From Vicugna vicugna (Eukaryota): 64,000 bases of DNA. A program made the translations under genes and the position numbers. This document shows, in pieces, positions 11,937 to 23,305 of the stretch. The notes under the pieces were generated by a model, which saw only the letters and a program-made list of their open reading frames with translations, had not been told where the DNA came from and searched no databases. Each line of letters opens with the position of its first letter. Position 1 is the first letter of the stretch. Location: NCBI GenBank assembly GCA_013265495.1, contig MU057847.1, positions 15,875-79,874 of the forward strand, written 5' to 3'.

Positions 11937-13156
11937 AGGAGCCCAGTTTTTTGAGTTTGAAAAACAATCGGGTCCTCTTGGGAAAGTCAGAAAATAACTT
12001 AAATGCTTCCTAGTCGAGGTGTGGCGTCCTCTTACTGGAGGGGCGGCTGAACAAAGGTAGACTCTGGAGCAGAGGCTGTGGACAGGCAAGCCAGCGAGGC
12101 CTGCACATGTGCTTGTTTGCACTTTGTGGTGCTTGAAAATTGTTTTCATTGTTTGCCAACTTCTGAAAATCAGATTTCACATAAGGACCTAGATTTCTGA
12201 ACTCTCTGGATGAATAGGAGGATGCAGTCACCCTGGGCCCTCCTGCACTCACTGCAGCGGCGCTGAGGCGTGGCTGCCCCGTCAGAGGGAGCCTGGTCCT
12301 CAGTCTCTGCTCAGTGTGCTTTGCTCACTGAGATCATCTTCCTGATCACTGTGGTCATTGGAGTTGTGACCTCTGCTATAGAATTTACTGCTTATTTTTG
12401 CTTCTATGTGAGATGGAAGTGATAGCCAGGTTTTTTTTTTAATGTCAAAAATGCAGTACATCAAACACTGTAAAATAGCGTCTGATTCATTTATCTCTGA
12501 ATTTGATGAGACTGTTACACTTCAAGGAAGCAGAGAGATCTGGCTAAAATATAGAAGCTACTTCATTGTGTAGAAATCACCCTCATGAAGGATACGAGGC
12601 ACATATTTAATCAACAAAAGTTGTTGATTTTTAGTCTCTGTGAATTTAATCTTGAATAGAAGGAAAAATTGAAGTTTGAAATAAAATTCATTTATACTGA
12701 TCATAATTTTAAATGAGTGACTGGAAAATGCATCTGTTAGCAGGGCAAGTCAGCAAAAAGTTTTATTAAAACCACTTTGTAAAAAGTCATAACTCAATTT
12801 CTGAACCTTATTCCTAGGTATATATGGTTTTGACAAAATTATATCTAAAATGACACTGCAGTAAGCAGCCCTAAACATGTTCTTTTGTTTTTTTAATGAC
12901 TTCCATAGGACAAGTTTCTAGAGCAGTTTACTGGATCAAAGCAGATTAGCATTTTTATGGTTCTTGGTTTGTTTTGCCAAGTTATTCTAGAAAAAGATGT
13001 AATTCATTTTCACTATCTCTAGCAGCAGATGAAGGTGCCAATTTTTTTTTCTTCCCCAAACTCTCCCAGGCGTGGGTTTTTGTAATTGTGATTTATTTGT
13101 GTAAAAACTATTAAATGGGGTTGTATATCTTGAAATGAATTAAAATGTAGGTGTTT

Positions 13157-13656
13157 GTATCAGTTAGCTGTTGTTAAATAGTACACCATCCCCAAACTTG
13201 GTGGCTTAAACGGAAACCATTTATTATTTTTCACATGTCTATAGGTTCTCAGGGCTGTTGTGCTGACCTGAAATGGTTCCCCTGATCTTGACAGGGTTGG
13301 CTTACATGTCAGCTGGCCACTGGTGGGTTGGCTAGGGGTTGGCTGGTCTAGGTTGGCTCATCTCTCACCAGTGGGCTTTTCCTCATGTGACATTTCACCC
13401 TCGAGCAGGATAGCCCAGGACTGTCCTCATGGTATGGCAGGATTCCGGGAGAGTAGAGCCACATGACACCTCGTCTTAGAACTGGCTCTTGGTCACTTCT
13501 GCTACATTCTATTAGAAAAAATAAAAGGCCAGCTCATTTGAAAGGGCTGGGGAAAAATTGACTCTATTTCTTGATAGCAACAATTGAAAGTCACATTATA
13601 GAGGGCATGGTTAGAGGGAGGGGTAGAAAATTAGGATCATTTTTGCAACTGTTACA
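13157..13656 (-). mobile_element. MaLR solo LTR (MLT1-like)
   Basis: Begins tgtatcagttagctg...cccaaacttggtggcttaaac...catttattatt and ends ...ttaca, as in antisense MLT1. Confidence 0.7.
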
Positions 13657-15542
13657 TGGCAGCAGTCAATATTATCTTTCAAACTTGCCATCTTTCAAAA
13701 CTCTATACGTTCCAGCGATGTACCCACTACTTAAAAAAAATTAGTGTCTTTCTCAGCATCTGCTTGTAAGGGGGGTTATAAGCCAATAAAGAAAATCAGT
13801 TCGTTCTTTATAGTCATCCACTTTATTTAGCATTCTTGATTCTAGATAAGTTTTGATGATTTTGAAATATCAAATCAATGATAAAAGAATTTCAAAATTG
13901 ACCTCCATCAAGGCTATTTAAAAGAATGTAGCCCAGACTTTGAAATCAATCCAAGTGAAACATTCTAAAATGTTTAAAACTAAGGCAGTATCACTGGGAT
14001 AAATGGAGAGCATGACAAATCGGTTACTTTGAAGTGATTAACTCTTTTGTGTGTTATTTTTCTGGAGCATTTTAAAAAGCCTTGCTTTAAATTAGGTGGT
14101 ATAAATAAATACCTATTGACTACAGATAAATTTGGGGATGTAGTGTATCTTAATTAAATATCAAATTAATTTTTCTCCTAAAGGAGTTTAGTGTTGACTC
14201 TTATGTTGTAAATTGCAGCTAACTAACTGGATTTTTTTCTTCGTTTTTCTATTTAGATGATGTTTTTGGAGAGAGAGAATATGTTTATACTCACATCATC
14301 CTAGTTCAGTGTTGCTATCACAAGGACTTCTAGAATCTAATACCTTAGATACTGCTTTTGGTGGCCTTAAAAAAAACAGTTTATATGAACTTTGTCTCCT
14401 AAAGGGAGTTGACTTGGGTTGTCCTTCAGGGATGGTTATAAAAGAAATATGTACCTATAAAGTTAACCAAGATTTAGTAGCAAAGATTGTTTTAGAATTT
14501 CCATCATCTGGCCATATATGTTTGGATCTAAATCGCCTCAAAATTGACATTAGTGAGAAACTCAGGTGATACAGACTCTGAATACATCTACTTTTTGAAA
14601 AATAAAAACCTGCTTTATTGGAAAGTACTATTTTAAGTTAGCAAACAGGAGCAGAAATCCCTAATTCCTAGTATCAGTGATCCTGCTTACCTTGGGACAG
14701 CTTTAGTGAGCTCGTTCGTATGAAATGCCAGCACTCACGTTTAGGAGTTTTTCCAGTCCCAAAGTAGAGGGCAGATTCACTTTGTCACTCATTAGGAGAG
14801 TCTGTCTCCTTTTCCCTTGAACTTAGAGTTCAATTTAGTGAAAGTCGATAGACTGGAGGAATGAGAGTAGATATGTCCACGTGAGACTTGGAAACCGGCC
14901 TAGATGAAGGATGCTAGATCAGGTGCCTGGGTTAGAACTATCAGTTGGATGCGTGTTCCTGAATGTGCTATGTGTGTTTTACCCTGGCCCACTTTCTGTG
15001 CCACCCCTGGCAAGTTTTTCTGGGACTTTACATTTGAGATCAGTTGTATGATAGATTGGAGATGTGGAATCTTGGAGTCTCAATGTATGGGCAGGTCATT
15101 TAATTTTCCTGAATCTGTCTGAATTTCCCCATCTATAAAACAGGCATGAAAATACCTAGTCACAGGTTGCTTCATGAATCAAATGAGATGCAGCAGTATG
15201 AATAACAGTTTTAGCTTATGTTGGTTGACAACTTCCTGTGTGCTGGGTATGATGCTAAGGATTTCACAGGTACTCGCTCATGGCTCAATTACTCATCTCT
15301 GAAATCCTATTATTTCTATTTTACAGTTAAGGAAACTGAGACAGTCTATGGAAACTCTTTGAAACCTCTAAAACACGTTAAACCAATGTAAGCTATTGTC
15401 TTAATCCTCCTGATAGTAAACGGTCCCCCATCAGTTTGACTTCAGTCCTTCAAATTGCTAGCACCATTCAAAATCCAAACCTGTTTTGCTCCATTTGTAT
15501 CAAAACGTTCTCTGTCGCCCTCTAAGGTTTTCTGCGGATACC

Positions 15543-16295
15543 ATGACAGTCACGGTGGTATATGATAACTCTGAGGCAACCGAGCTCTGTGCAGCTCAGC
15601 ATCTCTACCTCAAGCCCATAGCAAAGTTGATGATCAATGTCTTGCTCCCGGAGAGTACCGAACCCATGAGGCCCTTCTCTAACTGGGAGGTTCTTGACCA
15701 GCTGAAGAGCCTGATTTGTCCTGACCAGTTCACCACAGTGCGGCTCTCCAAGAGCACGAAGGACTTTATCCGCTTTGAGGGGGAGGCTGAAACGCGAAGT
15801 TTGGTGCAGATCCTGAAGGCCAAGTTACATGGAAAGATCATCAAGCTAAACGGTTTGAAAACTGACTTCAGAGTAGTGGCTACAGATGCCCAGGGAGAGT
15901 GGGAACACTTCCCCCAGGAAAAGGGGACCCCATCTGGTGATGGGACTGAAGAGCAGGACCACGAGAAGAGCCCAGACTCTATATACTTTGAAGGCCTGCC
16001 CTGCAAGTGGTTTGCACCGAAAGGTTCCAGCGGGGAGAAGCCATGTGAGGAGATCCTCCGGGTGGTCTTTGAAAGTTTTGGGAAGATCAAGAATGTGGAC
16101 ATCCCGATGCTTGACCCCTACCGAGAAGTCATGAGTGGTGGGAGCCTTGGGGGTTTTAGCTTTGGCTTACAGACATTCGAGGCCTTTATCCAGTACCAGG
16201 AGTCAACCGACTTCGTAAAGGCCATGGAGTCCCTCCGAGGGATGAAGCTGATGCTTAAAGGAGATGACGGGAAAGCTCTGGCATGTAACATTAAG
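15543..16295 (+). CDS. AKAP17B: AKAP17B coding exon 1 (XE7/AKAP17 N-terminal RRM-like region)
   Basis: [28 protein letters not shown]...[10 protein letters not shown]...GLPCKWFA...[12 protein letters not shown]...ACNIK is homologous to AKAP17A/XE7. Acceptor ctctaag| before 15527, accATG at 15543, donor AAG|gtaaga, phase 0. Confidence 0.9.
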
Positions 16296-16957
16296 GTAAG
16301 AAGTAGCCAGCGTTTTTTTTTTGTTTTTTTTTTTAATACTTCCCATTGTTCAGGTGGTCCCAAGTGACAGCTAGAAGGAAACATCTGGAACACATTTCCT
16401 TAGACCCCACTAGGCTCTGATCAATAGCTAATGGAAAGGTTTGTGTTGTCATTACTAAGTGGATGTTCAGGGAAGATGTAGCATCCTGATTTGAACATTG
16501 TTCTGCAGTCAGGCACGCTGCCAACTTGTGCTTTCAAAGTGAGGGTTGTCATGGTCTGCCCTAGCCTCTCAAGGCATTAAAGGATCTCCATGGTCCTTAT
16601 GGGAGTATCTCATATGCTTATTCTAGTTGACAAGTTGCTGAGGGAGGGGGCAACACACTGCTTGAAACCACAAGGAGAGCAGTTTACTCCCTCTTTACTA
16701 TTGGTGTCACAATTTACTCTACTTTTGTGATGTCTGTCGGGTAAATTGCTAAAACATAATCCCAACAAGGCTGACTCCTTTCCTTTCAAAGTCAGCCTGT
16801 CTATCCAGGCATGTGGCTTCATCACTGTCTGAGTGCCTGGTCATCTTCCTGAAGCCTTAATCCAGAAGAAGAAAAGATGCAGCTAAACCTGTTTTCTGTC
16901 AATCAGTCTTTAGCGTACGTTTGGATTTTCAGCTTCAGTAGCTTCCTGTGTATGGGC

Positions 16958-16963
16958 GAGTGA

Positions 16964-17006
<43 letters not shown>
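16958..17006. repeat. (GAGT)n/(TG)n microsatellite
   Basis: Seen directly. Confidence 0.95.
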
Positions 17007-17010
<4 letters not shown>

Positions 17011-17943
17011 GTGAAGCTATTTAGGTTAAAATGTATGTTTTAAAAGTATGAGCTATTCAGTCAGACAAAAGATATAGCAAATACTGTAATGACCACCCAT
17101 ATAGAATTGCCCAGCTTAAAAAGTAAAGTGTTTCAGTGATGTGAGGGCGCGCTCCCCTCTGTGTACCATCCTCAGTCACGGGCCACTCCCTCCCCTCAAA
17201 GATGACCCTGAATTTGGTGTTTAGCACTCTCATGCATACTTAAATAGCTACTTCTGCCTCTTTTTATTTTTAAAGCAAATTTATTTGCATTGCCTCAATC
17301 TGCCTTTCACTTTGTTTTGAGATTTGCTAAGTTGTTTAATAATCACTATAGTCAGATCCTTTTTTAAAATTACAGATCACTTTGTGAATTAAATGAAAGT
17401 TCTGTGTCCTCTTCTTCAGAAAAGTATCTATACAGACAATTTTACATATACTGAGGAAGTCCATGAGCTTTTCTCCTGTCCCTTTAAGTTTCTTACTTTA
17501 AATCATAAGTCATGCTTTAATGGCTATAGTCAGTCAGATCTTGTATCTCATTCAGTCACTTTTCTTACATCTTAGCTCCTCCTCCCCCCACCCATTTTTG
17601 GACTATTTCTGTCTCTGGTGATTAAAAAAAATATATGTCAACTCAGTTAATCACTATAACGATCCAGAGCTAATATACTCACATCCTTAGAACCTGTGCC
17701 CATAATGGCACCGTGATGCCACCTATGGCTGTAAAGTGATCTCCTTAAGGATTTTGCCAAAGAAAATTGTTTGGCAGGGGCCTGAGAAGCAGCGGAACAG
17801 TCTGGGTCCTGGGATGCAGGAAGGACATTTTAAAATCATTTAGTTTTGCATTGCATGTATAAATTCATTTTATCTCTCTGTCCTGGGACACCTGCAACCA
17901 GAGGGCAAACTTTTCTAATGAAACTTTGAATTGTTTGGGGCAG

Positions 17944-18074
17944 GTTATGTTTGACACAACCAAACACTTCAGTGAAGGAGCTATAAGGAGGAGAAATCAA
18001 GAAAGGCTAAAATTACAAGAGCTGGAGGAAGAAAGGAAAAAAGAAAAGAAGAGAGAAGAGGAAGAGGCTGAAAG
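17944..18074 (+). CDS. AKAP17B: AKAP17B coding exon 2 (coiled-coil start)
   Basis: cag|[45 protein letters not shown]|gtgagg; 131 nt; phases 0/2 fit both neighbours. Confidence 0.9.
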
Positions 18075-18323
18075 GTGAGGAGACCAGCTTTAACAAAGAG
18101 GGTTTTTTTTTAACTTTTGATTTATGGATTTTCCCCTTCAAGTGAATGGCTAGACTTGATAGGTAACCCTGAGGCAGGCAGGGAGCAGGAATCGGTACAG
18201 ACTAGAAAACCCTGAGGAAGCCTGAAGTCTTTTCCACTGTGCTGTTGCAAAACCAAAATGAAGAAAACAACTGAGAACTAGTGGGGAATAACTGGACCAG
18301 CCAGGTTAAGATGTCTGGGAAGA

Positions 18324-18539
18324 TTTCCTGGCCTCCAGAACTGTGAAAAATAAATTTCTGTTATTTAAGCCATCATGTCTATGTAATTTTGTCATGGCAA
18401 CCCAAGCAGACTAAGACAACGGATATAGGGAAATTGATTATATTGGGCACTCTAATTTTATGTATTTAGAAAACCAAAAATTCTTCTGCTGAGAGTTTAT
18501 GACCCATATCAATAAAAATAAAATGTTATATTAAAAAAA
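18324..18539 (+). mobile_element. Orphan retroposed fragment (MLT1 LTR 3' end + unique sequence + AATAAA + poly(A))
   Basis: Perfect 16-bp TSD aagatgtctgggaaga at 18308-18323 and 18540-18555; TT/AAGA nick site; AATAAA at 18511-18516; short A tail. Confidence 0.85.
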
Positions 18540-19687
18540 AAGATGTCTGGGAAGAAACTGAAAAAAAAAAACCAGGAACTTTTATAGTGAAAATTCTAGC
18601 CTACCAAATGAAAAGTTTCACCACTTTAACCTAACTTTACTAAATTTTATCTTGCCTATCAATGGAATTTTTTTGGAAAAATTCTTTTTAGGTTTGGAAA
18701 AGATTTTCTTCTGTAAAATGATCAATAATCAAACTAGCCCAGAGGCCAAAAGGCATGGGTTCGTCAAGACTTTTTCTTGTTGTCTTAAGTTCTTTCTGTG
18801 AATTTAAGGAGCCTGCATGTTTACTTTTTTGAGTTTATCATTGGTTCTCAATTTAGGAGCTTAAGACTCCAAAGGGCTATTGGATTGCCAGAGGTTTGCC
18901 CAGAAGGAACAAATGGGCCAGAACTACAGGGCTCTGAAACCAGTTTTACCTCCGTTCTCCTCCCTTGCATGTTTATTCTTCCAGTCTTTTATGCAAATTA
19001 TAGCTGTTCAAAAAAGGAGTTAAAGAGTACCCTTCCACTGGCCTCTCGCTGCTCCTGGCTGGTGGAGTGCTAGGAGTTACTTGAGGTCACGTCTATGAAA
19101 CTTGGCCAGAAGCTGAGCCCAGTCGAGATAACGATTCCCCCCAAATTTACAGACTGAACATGCAGGTTAGATCATCCTCCAGTTTTTGGCTAAGTATTCC
19201 CTCAAGTAATTGTCCTCCCCCTCCTTTCCCATGTTTCCATGAGGGCCTAGCCAACACAGTTTAAATTTTCAGGGAACAGCAGAAAAATAAGCCCTGCCTT
19301 GACTTACCTTTATCTGCTTGTGTGAAACCAGCTCGTGGAAGGTTTTGATCTCAAGGGAAGTGAAATCATCACTGTGGATCCAGTAGTCCCTGATTGTGGT
19401 TTGAGAAAGTAGGGGCTGGAGGCCCCTCCTTTGAATTCTGTAGCCTTCTTTTTTATTTTTCAAATCCTCTCTCTCCGCATAAGGTCTCCTGTACATGTTT
19501 CTAACTGACTAATTGAATTATGCATCTTTCCCCTGGACTGATGTCACAATGTCTTTTTTCGTTGGTTGTCTAATGTCAGGCCCTGGGGTTGAAAGCCGTG
19601 AGAGATTTCTGGAAACCCCTGGTGCGGGGAGGGGAGCAGATGTCTGATAAATACCTCCTGAATGGTTGACTCTTAATCGTTGTCCAG

Positions 19688-19913
19688 AAGGAGAAAAGAG
19701 GAGAGGAAAGCCCAGGAAAAGAGGAAAAGGGCCAGGATCAGAAGGCACGCCCCGAAGAGAAGAGGCCGACACCGGCAAAGGAGACAGAAGGACCCGGCCC
19801 AAGCGGGGCAGGAGCCCGACTCCTCGGAGCGCTGGGAGGAGAGGAAGTACCTGCTGGCTCAGAGGCGGGTGGAGGCCCTCCGCCTGCTGCGGGCGCTCCT
19901 GATAAACATTGCA
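19688..19913 (+). CDS. AKAP17B: AKAP17B coding exon 3 (basic coiled coil + amphipathic helix)
   Basis: tccag|[15 protein letters not shown]...[26 protein letters not shown]|gtaagg; 226 nt; phases 2/0; resembles AKAP17A EERKLLLAQRNLQSIRLIAELL. Confidence 0.88.
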
Positions 19914-20551
19914 GTAAGGCTCTTTCCCAGTTGTTCTCCGGTTTGGGTAGGTTCTGAGGCACAACCTTTACTTTTCACCGGTGGCCTATTTAACATCGAC
20001 TTCGTGGAAGATTCGCCATATTCATTGGGGCTAATTTTCAATAGGCTGATCTCTGATAACCCCAAGCGTGCATTTACAGAAGGGGTACCCAAATTCTCTA
20101 AAGGAGTTGGGTCTCACCCCCGCCATCGGGCACACACACTTTGTGGGTCTAAACTTCAGGATGGTTTCACCCAGGGCGATGGAGCTCATGTCTCTCCTTT
20201 TCTAAGCTCCTAGTGGATGTAACAGAAAACGCCAGGGGGAGAAGTGGACGGTGTGGGCGTTAGGCTCGTCATCCTCCGTTAACTTTATTTGGCTGTTCAG
20301 CTGCCACAGGTCTAGATGAGAAGGGAGAACCCTGAGCAGAGACGTTTGTGGAGCAAGCTCATGTTAGTCCAGTCTTAAACTGTTTGCCAAGGAATATCTC
20401 AAATCACAGGCTAGTTGTTTAGTTTGGAGAGTTTCAGTTTGAGGAGTTTTTTTTCTCCCCTTACTGACCTCCTAAAGATAACCAGACTCAGCATATATCC
20501 CAGAGTAAAGGCCAGAGAGGCTCCCAAAGTGTTAATTTAAAAATCTACATT

Positions 20552-20714
20552 CAAGGAGGGAGGGTATAACTCAGTGGTAGAGTGTGTGCTTAGCATTCAT
20601 GAGGTCCTGGGTTCAATTCCCAGTACTTCCATTAAACAAACAGACAAACAAACAAACAAACCTAATTACCTCCCTCGCCAAATAACATGAAAAATAAATA
20701 AGTAAAATGGATTT
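20552..20714 (+). mobile_element. tRNA-derived SINE (camelid Vic-1-like)
   Basis: gggagggtataactcagtggtagagtgtgtgcttagc...gggttcaattcccagtac; TSD taaaaatctacatt at 20538-20551 and 20715-20728. Confidence 0.88.
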
Positions 20715-21655
20715 TAAAAATCTACATTTGGCATTCTTAAATATGAAGAGTGAATGGCATTCATTTTAGAGAGAATTAATTTTATGTGTATTTGCCATCT
20801 CAGCTTTTTTCTCATTGGTGTGAGCAATCAAACTTTGTGAAATCAGGACCAGAAAAACCTGATAGTTACATATATAAAAAGGCGAGCTGAAACTTTTTTA
20901 GTTTACCTTAATGAGTGCCGAGGGTGACTCCTTTTGAAGACTTTATCTCTTTTAAGTGCGTGTGTGTGGTACCTAATTCTTGGCCCCATCAGTACCTTAT
21001 GCTATTACACAGTCTGCAGGTTCTGATCCCAGGTCACGGGTAAGCGCCATGCCCTGATTTGTGCCAAGTGTTAGTGGGAGCTCAGTACAAACTCTCCCAG
21101 CAAGCTGGGGCCTGTAGGCAGCACCTTTCACCTGCCCCGCGGTGGTGCAGAACAGAGTGCACTGTGGATAGAACCACTGTCACAACTGTATTTTCTCCTT
21201 GCTGTCTTGTTTCTGACCGAGGCAGGCGAGGTGGGAAGCTCAGAGACCCCCTCACCTGCAGCCCACAGGAAAAGGCCGGAATGAAAACCAGAAACACAGT
21301 TTATCTTTTGAAAAGCCGGCTGACCCTTTTAGGCACACATGTCACTCAGTCTTTTCTTGTTCTAGGATTTTAGCCTCAGGGAGGGCTGTAGAGCATTTCT
21401 TACTCTTCTTTATGTCCCCAGCCCCTAGCACAGTACCTGGAGCAATAAGCACAGGCCTAGTAAAAGCAGCTTATATTCAACTGAGATGTTTAATTTTGTA
21501 CCTCCTATTTCCTCAGTGCAATATTGTTCCTAATTTGGATCTATCCTAGATATAATTAGAAATCTCTTCAGAACAATGCCAGAAAGCCCAGTTTTCTTTG
21601 ACAGTTTTAATCTGTTCAGTTTTTCACGTGAGATTTTTCACCTTTTTCTTTGAAG

Positions 21656-23305
21656 GGGTCCATTCAGTTTAACCCACAGGAGGTAGATGTTGCTGTCTCC
21701 AAAGCTAATCGTGCTCCGGGGACCACATCAGAAACTCTGAAGAAAGAAGAGTTAAACACTCAGTATCTTCAAAATCAGGAGGAAATGCCAAGATACCTGG
21801 CTTCCAAGTCAGACAATAAACGAAAACAAAAAATGAAGAAACGAGCTAGGGCTCACTTACATAAATCTTCCCACCACCTTGGGGAAAAAAATCTAAGAGA
21901 TTCAGCTAGGAAAGAGAGAACTGGAAAATTATTAACCAGTGAATACAATTACAGTTTGGTCCCTGAGCAGAATTCCTTGCAAATTGCAATGATTCAAGGT
22001 CAGTCTCTTGAGAAAGAAGACCACCACGGTTCTAGTAAGTCCTATTCTTCCAGATTATCTGAGAGAGATCATGGCAGGAAACAGAAGATCTATGAAACGG
22101 ATGAATTTATTGACTATCTTTTAAACTATTATCAAACTCCAAAATATGCCCGTATCTGCCTAGAACCAAGTCACATAACAAGCACATGTCAGTGGCAGAG
22201 GGCGGTCCACACTAAAGGAAGTGGATTTCAAATCAATTTGAGAAAACGTAAGCATCACTCAACCAGTTTGAGCCAAATGCAAAACCTAGATAGGAGAGAA
22301 CAGGTTCAAGAAGATGATTCCTGGACAAAGGTTTGTACTCAGGATCCTGAGCATAAACCAGAAAAGAGAGGAATAGTGGATTATGCCAAAGAATGGACTA
22401 AGGAGTTTAAAAATCATTGCGAGGACGCAGCCAGTGAAGCTGGTGATCAGCTGCCCACAACTGATGAAAAGATCCATCTGTTGGAAAAGACTCAGGCTGA
22501 CCAGGTCAAAGATTCCACATCCACACGTCAAAGCCAAGTTTTCTCACCCAACAGGTCAGCAGACTTAGATTTGGAGTTGACAGATTTCTTAGAGGAAATT
22601 AGCAGTGATTCTGAATGTTTCAGTGAAATTCTCAGCGTAAACAAAGAGGAGGAAGGGAAATCTGTAGCCACAAATGACAGCTCCCCAGAAAAGGGATCTC
22701 TTGATGCTAATGAAATCATCATTTGCAATCAAGAAATTCCGTCAAGTCAGCAGATGTTGTATTCAAAGTGGACCCATGACGGGGAGGAAAAACACTGTAA
22801 ATACAAGCTTAGGAAACCAGGCAAGAGGTCTGAATATGAACTGAGCTTTTCACCCTCATGGCTTGAGGGTGAAAACAATCCCATTAGAGACGAGAAGAGC
22901 AACAGTAAAAAGAGGGAAATACTAGCCCCGAAATGGTTGTCGGATAAAGGCTACTATCGAGAATCCAGTTCCAGTGATCTATTAGACGATGCCACAAGAA
23001 AGAGGAGGAGGTTCAGTGAGAGGACATTTGACCAGCCAGTGAACTATAGGCCCTTTCATGTGCCAGTAGCATCATCCAAAAGTGCTAATGCTTCCTATGT
23101 GGGGAATTTTCCCAAAAGAAGAGAGACACTGCGGAAGTCAGAATATAACCAGGATGCAAGAAGGTTTAAAAGACATGAGAATTCTGAAGATTTTATGCTG
23201 AATTCTGATCATTATTACACTAGACATAACACTCGGGTGCACATTGACTACAGCAGCTCATTAGGAAGCAACTATGCTCGTTCTTTATATTTTCAAATGT
23301 TTTGA
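21656..23305 (+). CDS. AKAP17B: AKAP17B last coding exon (549 aa, Ser/Glu/Lys-rich C-terminus)
   Basis: Polypyrimidine tract cctttttctttgaag|GGG, phase 0; 1650-nt open frame to TGA. Spliced CDS 753+131+226+1650 = 2760 nt = 919 aa. Confidence 0.85.
   Translation, partial: GSIQFNPQEVDVAVSKANRAPGTTSETLKKEELNTQYLQNQEEMPRYLASKSDNKRKQKMKKRARAHLHKSSHHLGEKNLRDSARKERTGKLLTSEYNYSLVPEQNSLQIAMIQGQSLEKEDHHGSSKSYSSRLSERDHGRKQKIYETDEFIDYLLNYYQTPKYARICLEPSHITSTCQWQRAVHTKGSGFQINLRKRKHHSTSLSQMQNLDRREQVQEDDSWTKVCTQDPEHKPEKRGIVDYAKEWTKEFKNHCEDAASEAGDQLPTTDEKIHLLEKTQADQVKDSTSTRQSQVFSPNRSADLDLELTDFLEEISSDSECFSEILSVNKEEEGKSVATNDSSPEKGSLDANEIIICNQEIPSSQQMLYSKWTHDGEEKHCKYKLRKPGKRSEYELSFSPSWLEGENNPIRDEKSNSKKREILAPKWLSDKGYYRESSSSDLLDDATRKRRRFSERTFDQPVNYRPFHVPVASSKSANASYVGNFPKRRETLRKSEYNQDARRFKRHENSEDFMLNSDHYYTRHNTRVHIDYSSSLGSNYARSLYFQMF

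Noticed and set aside
15605..16102. 165-aa antisense ORF (similar ones at 19518-19964 and 22286-22728)
   Set aside because: Shadow frames of real AKAP17B exons.
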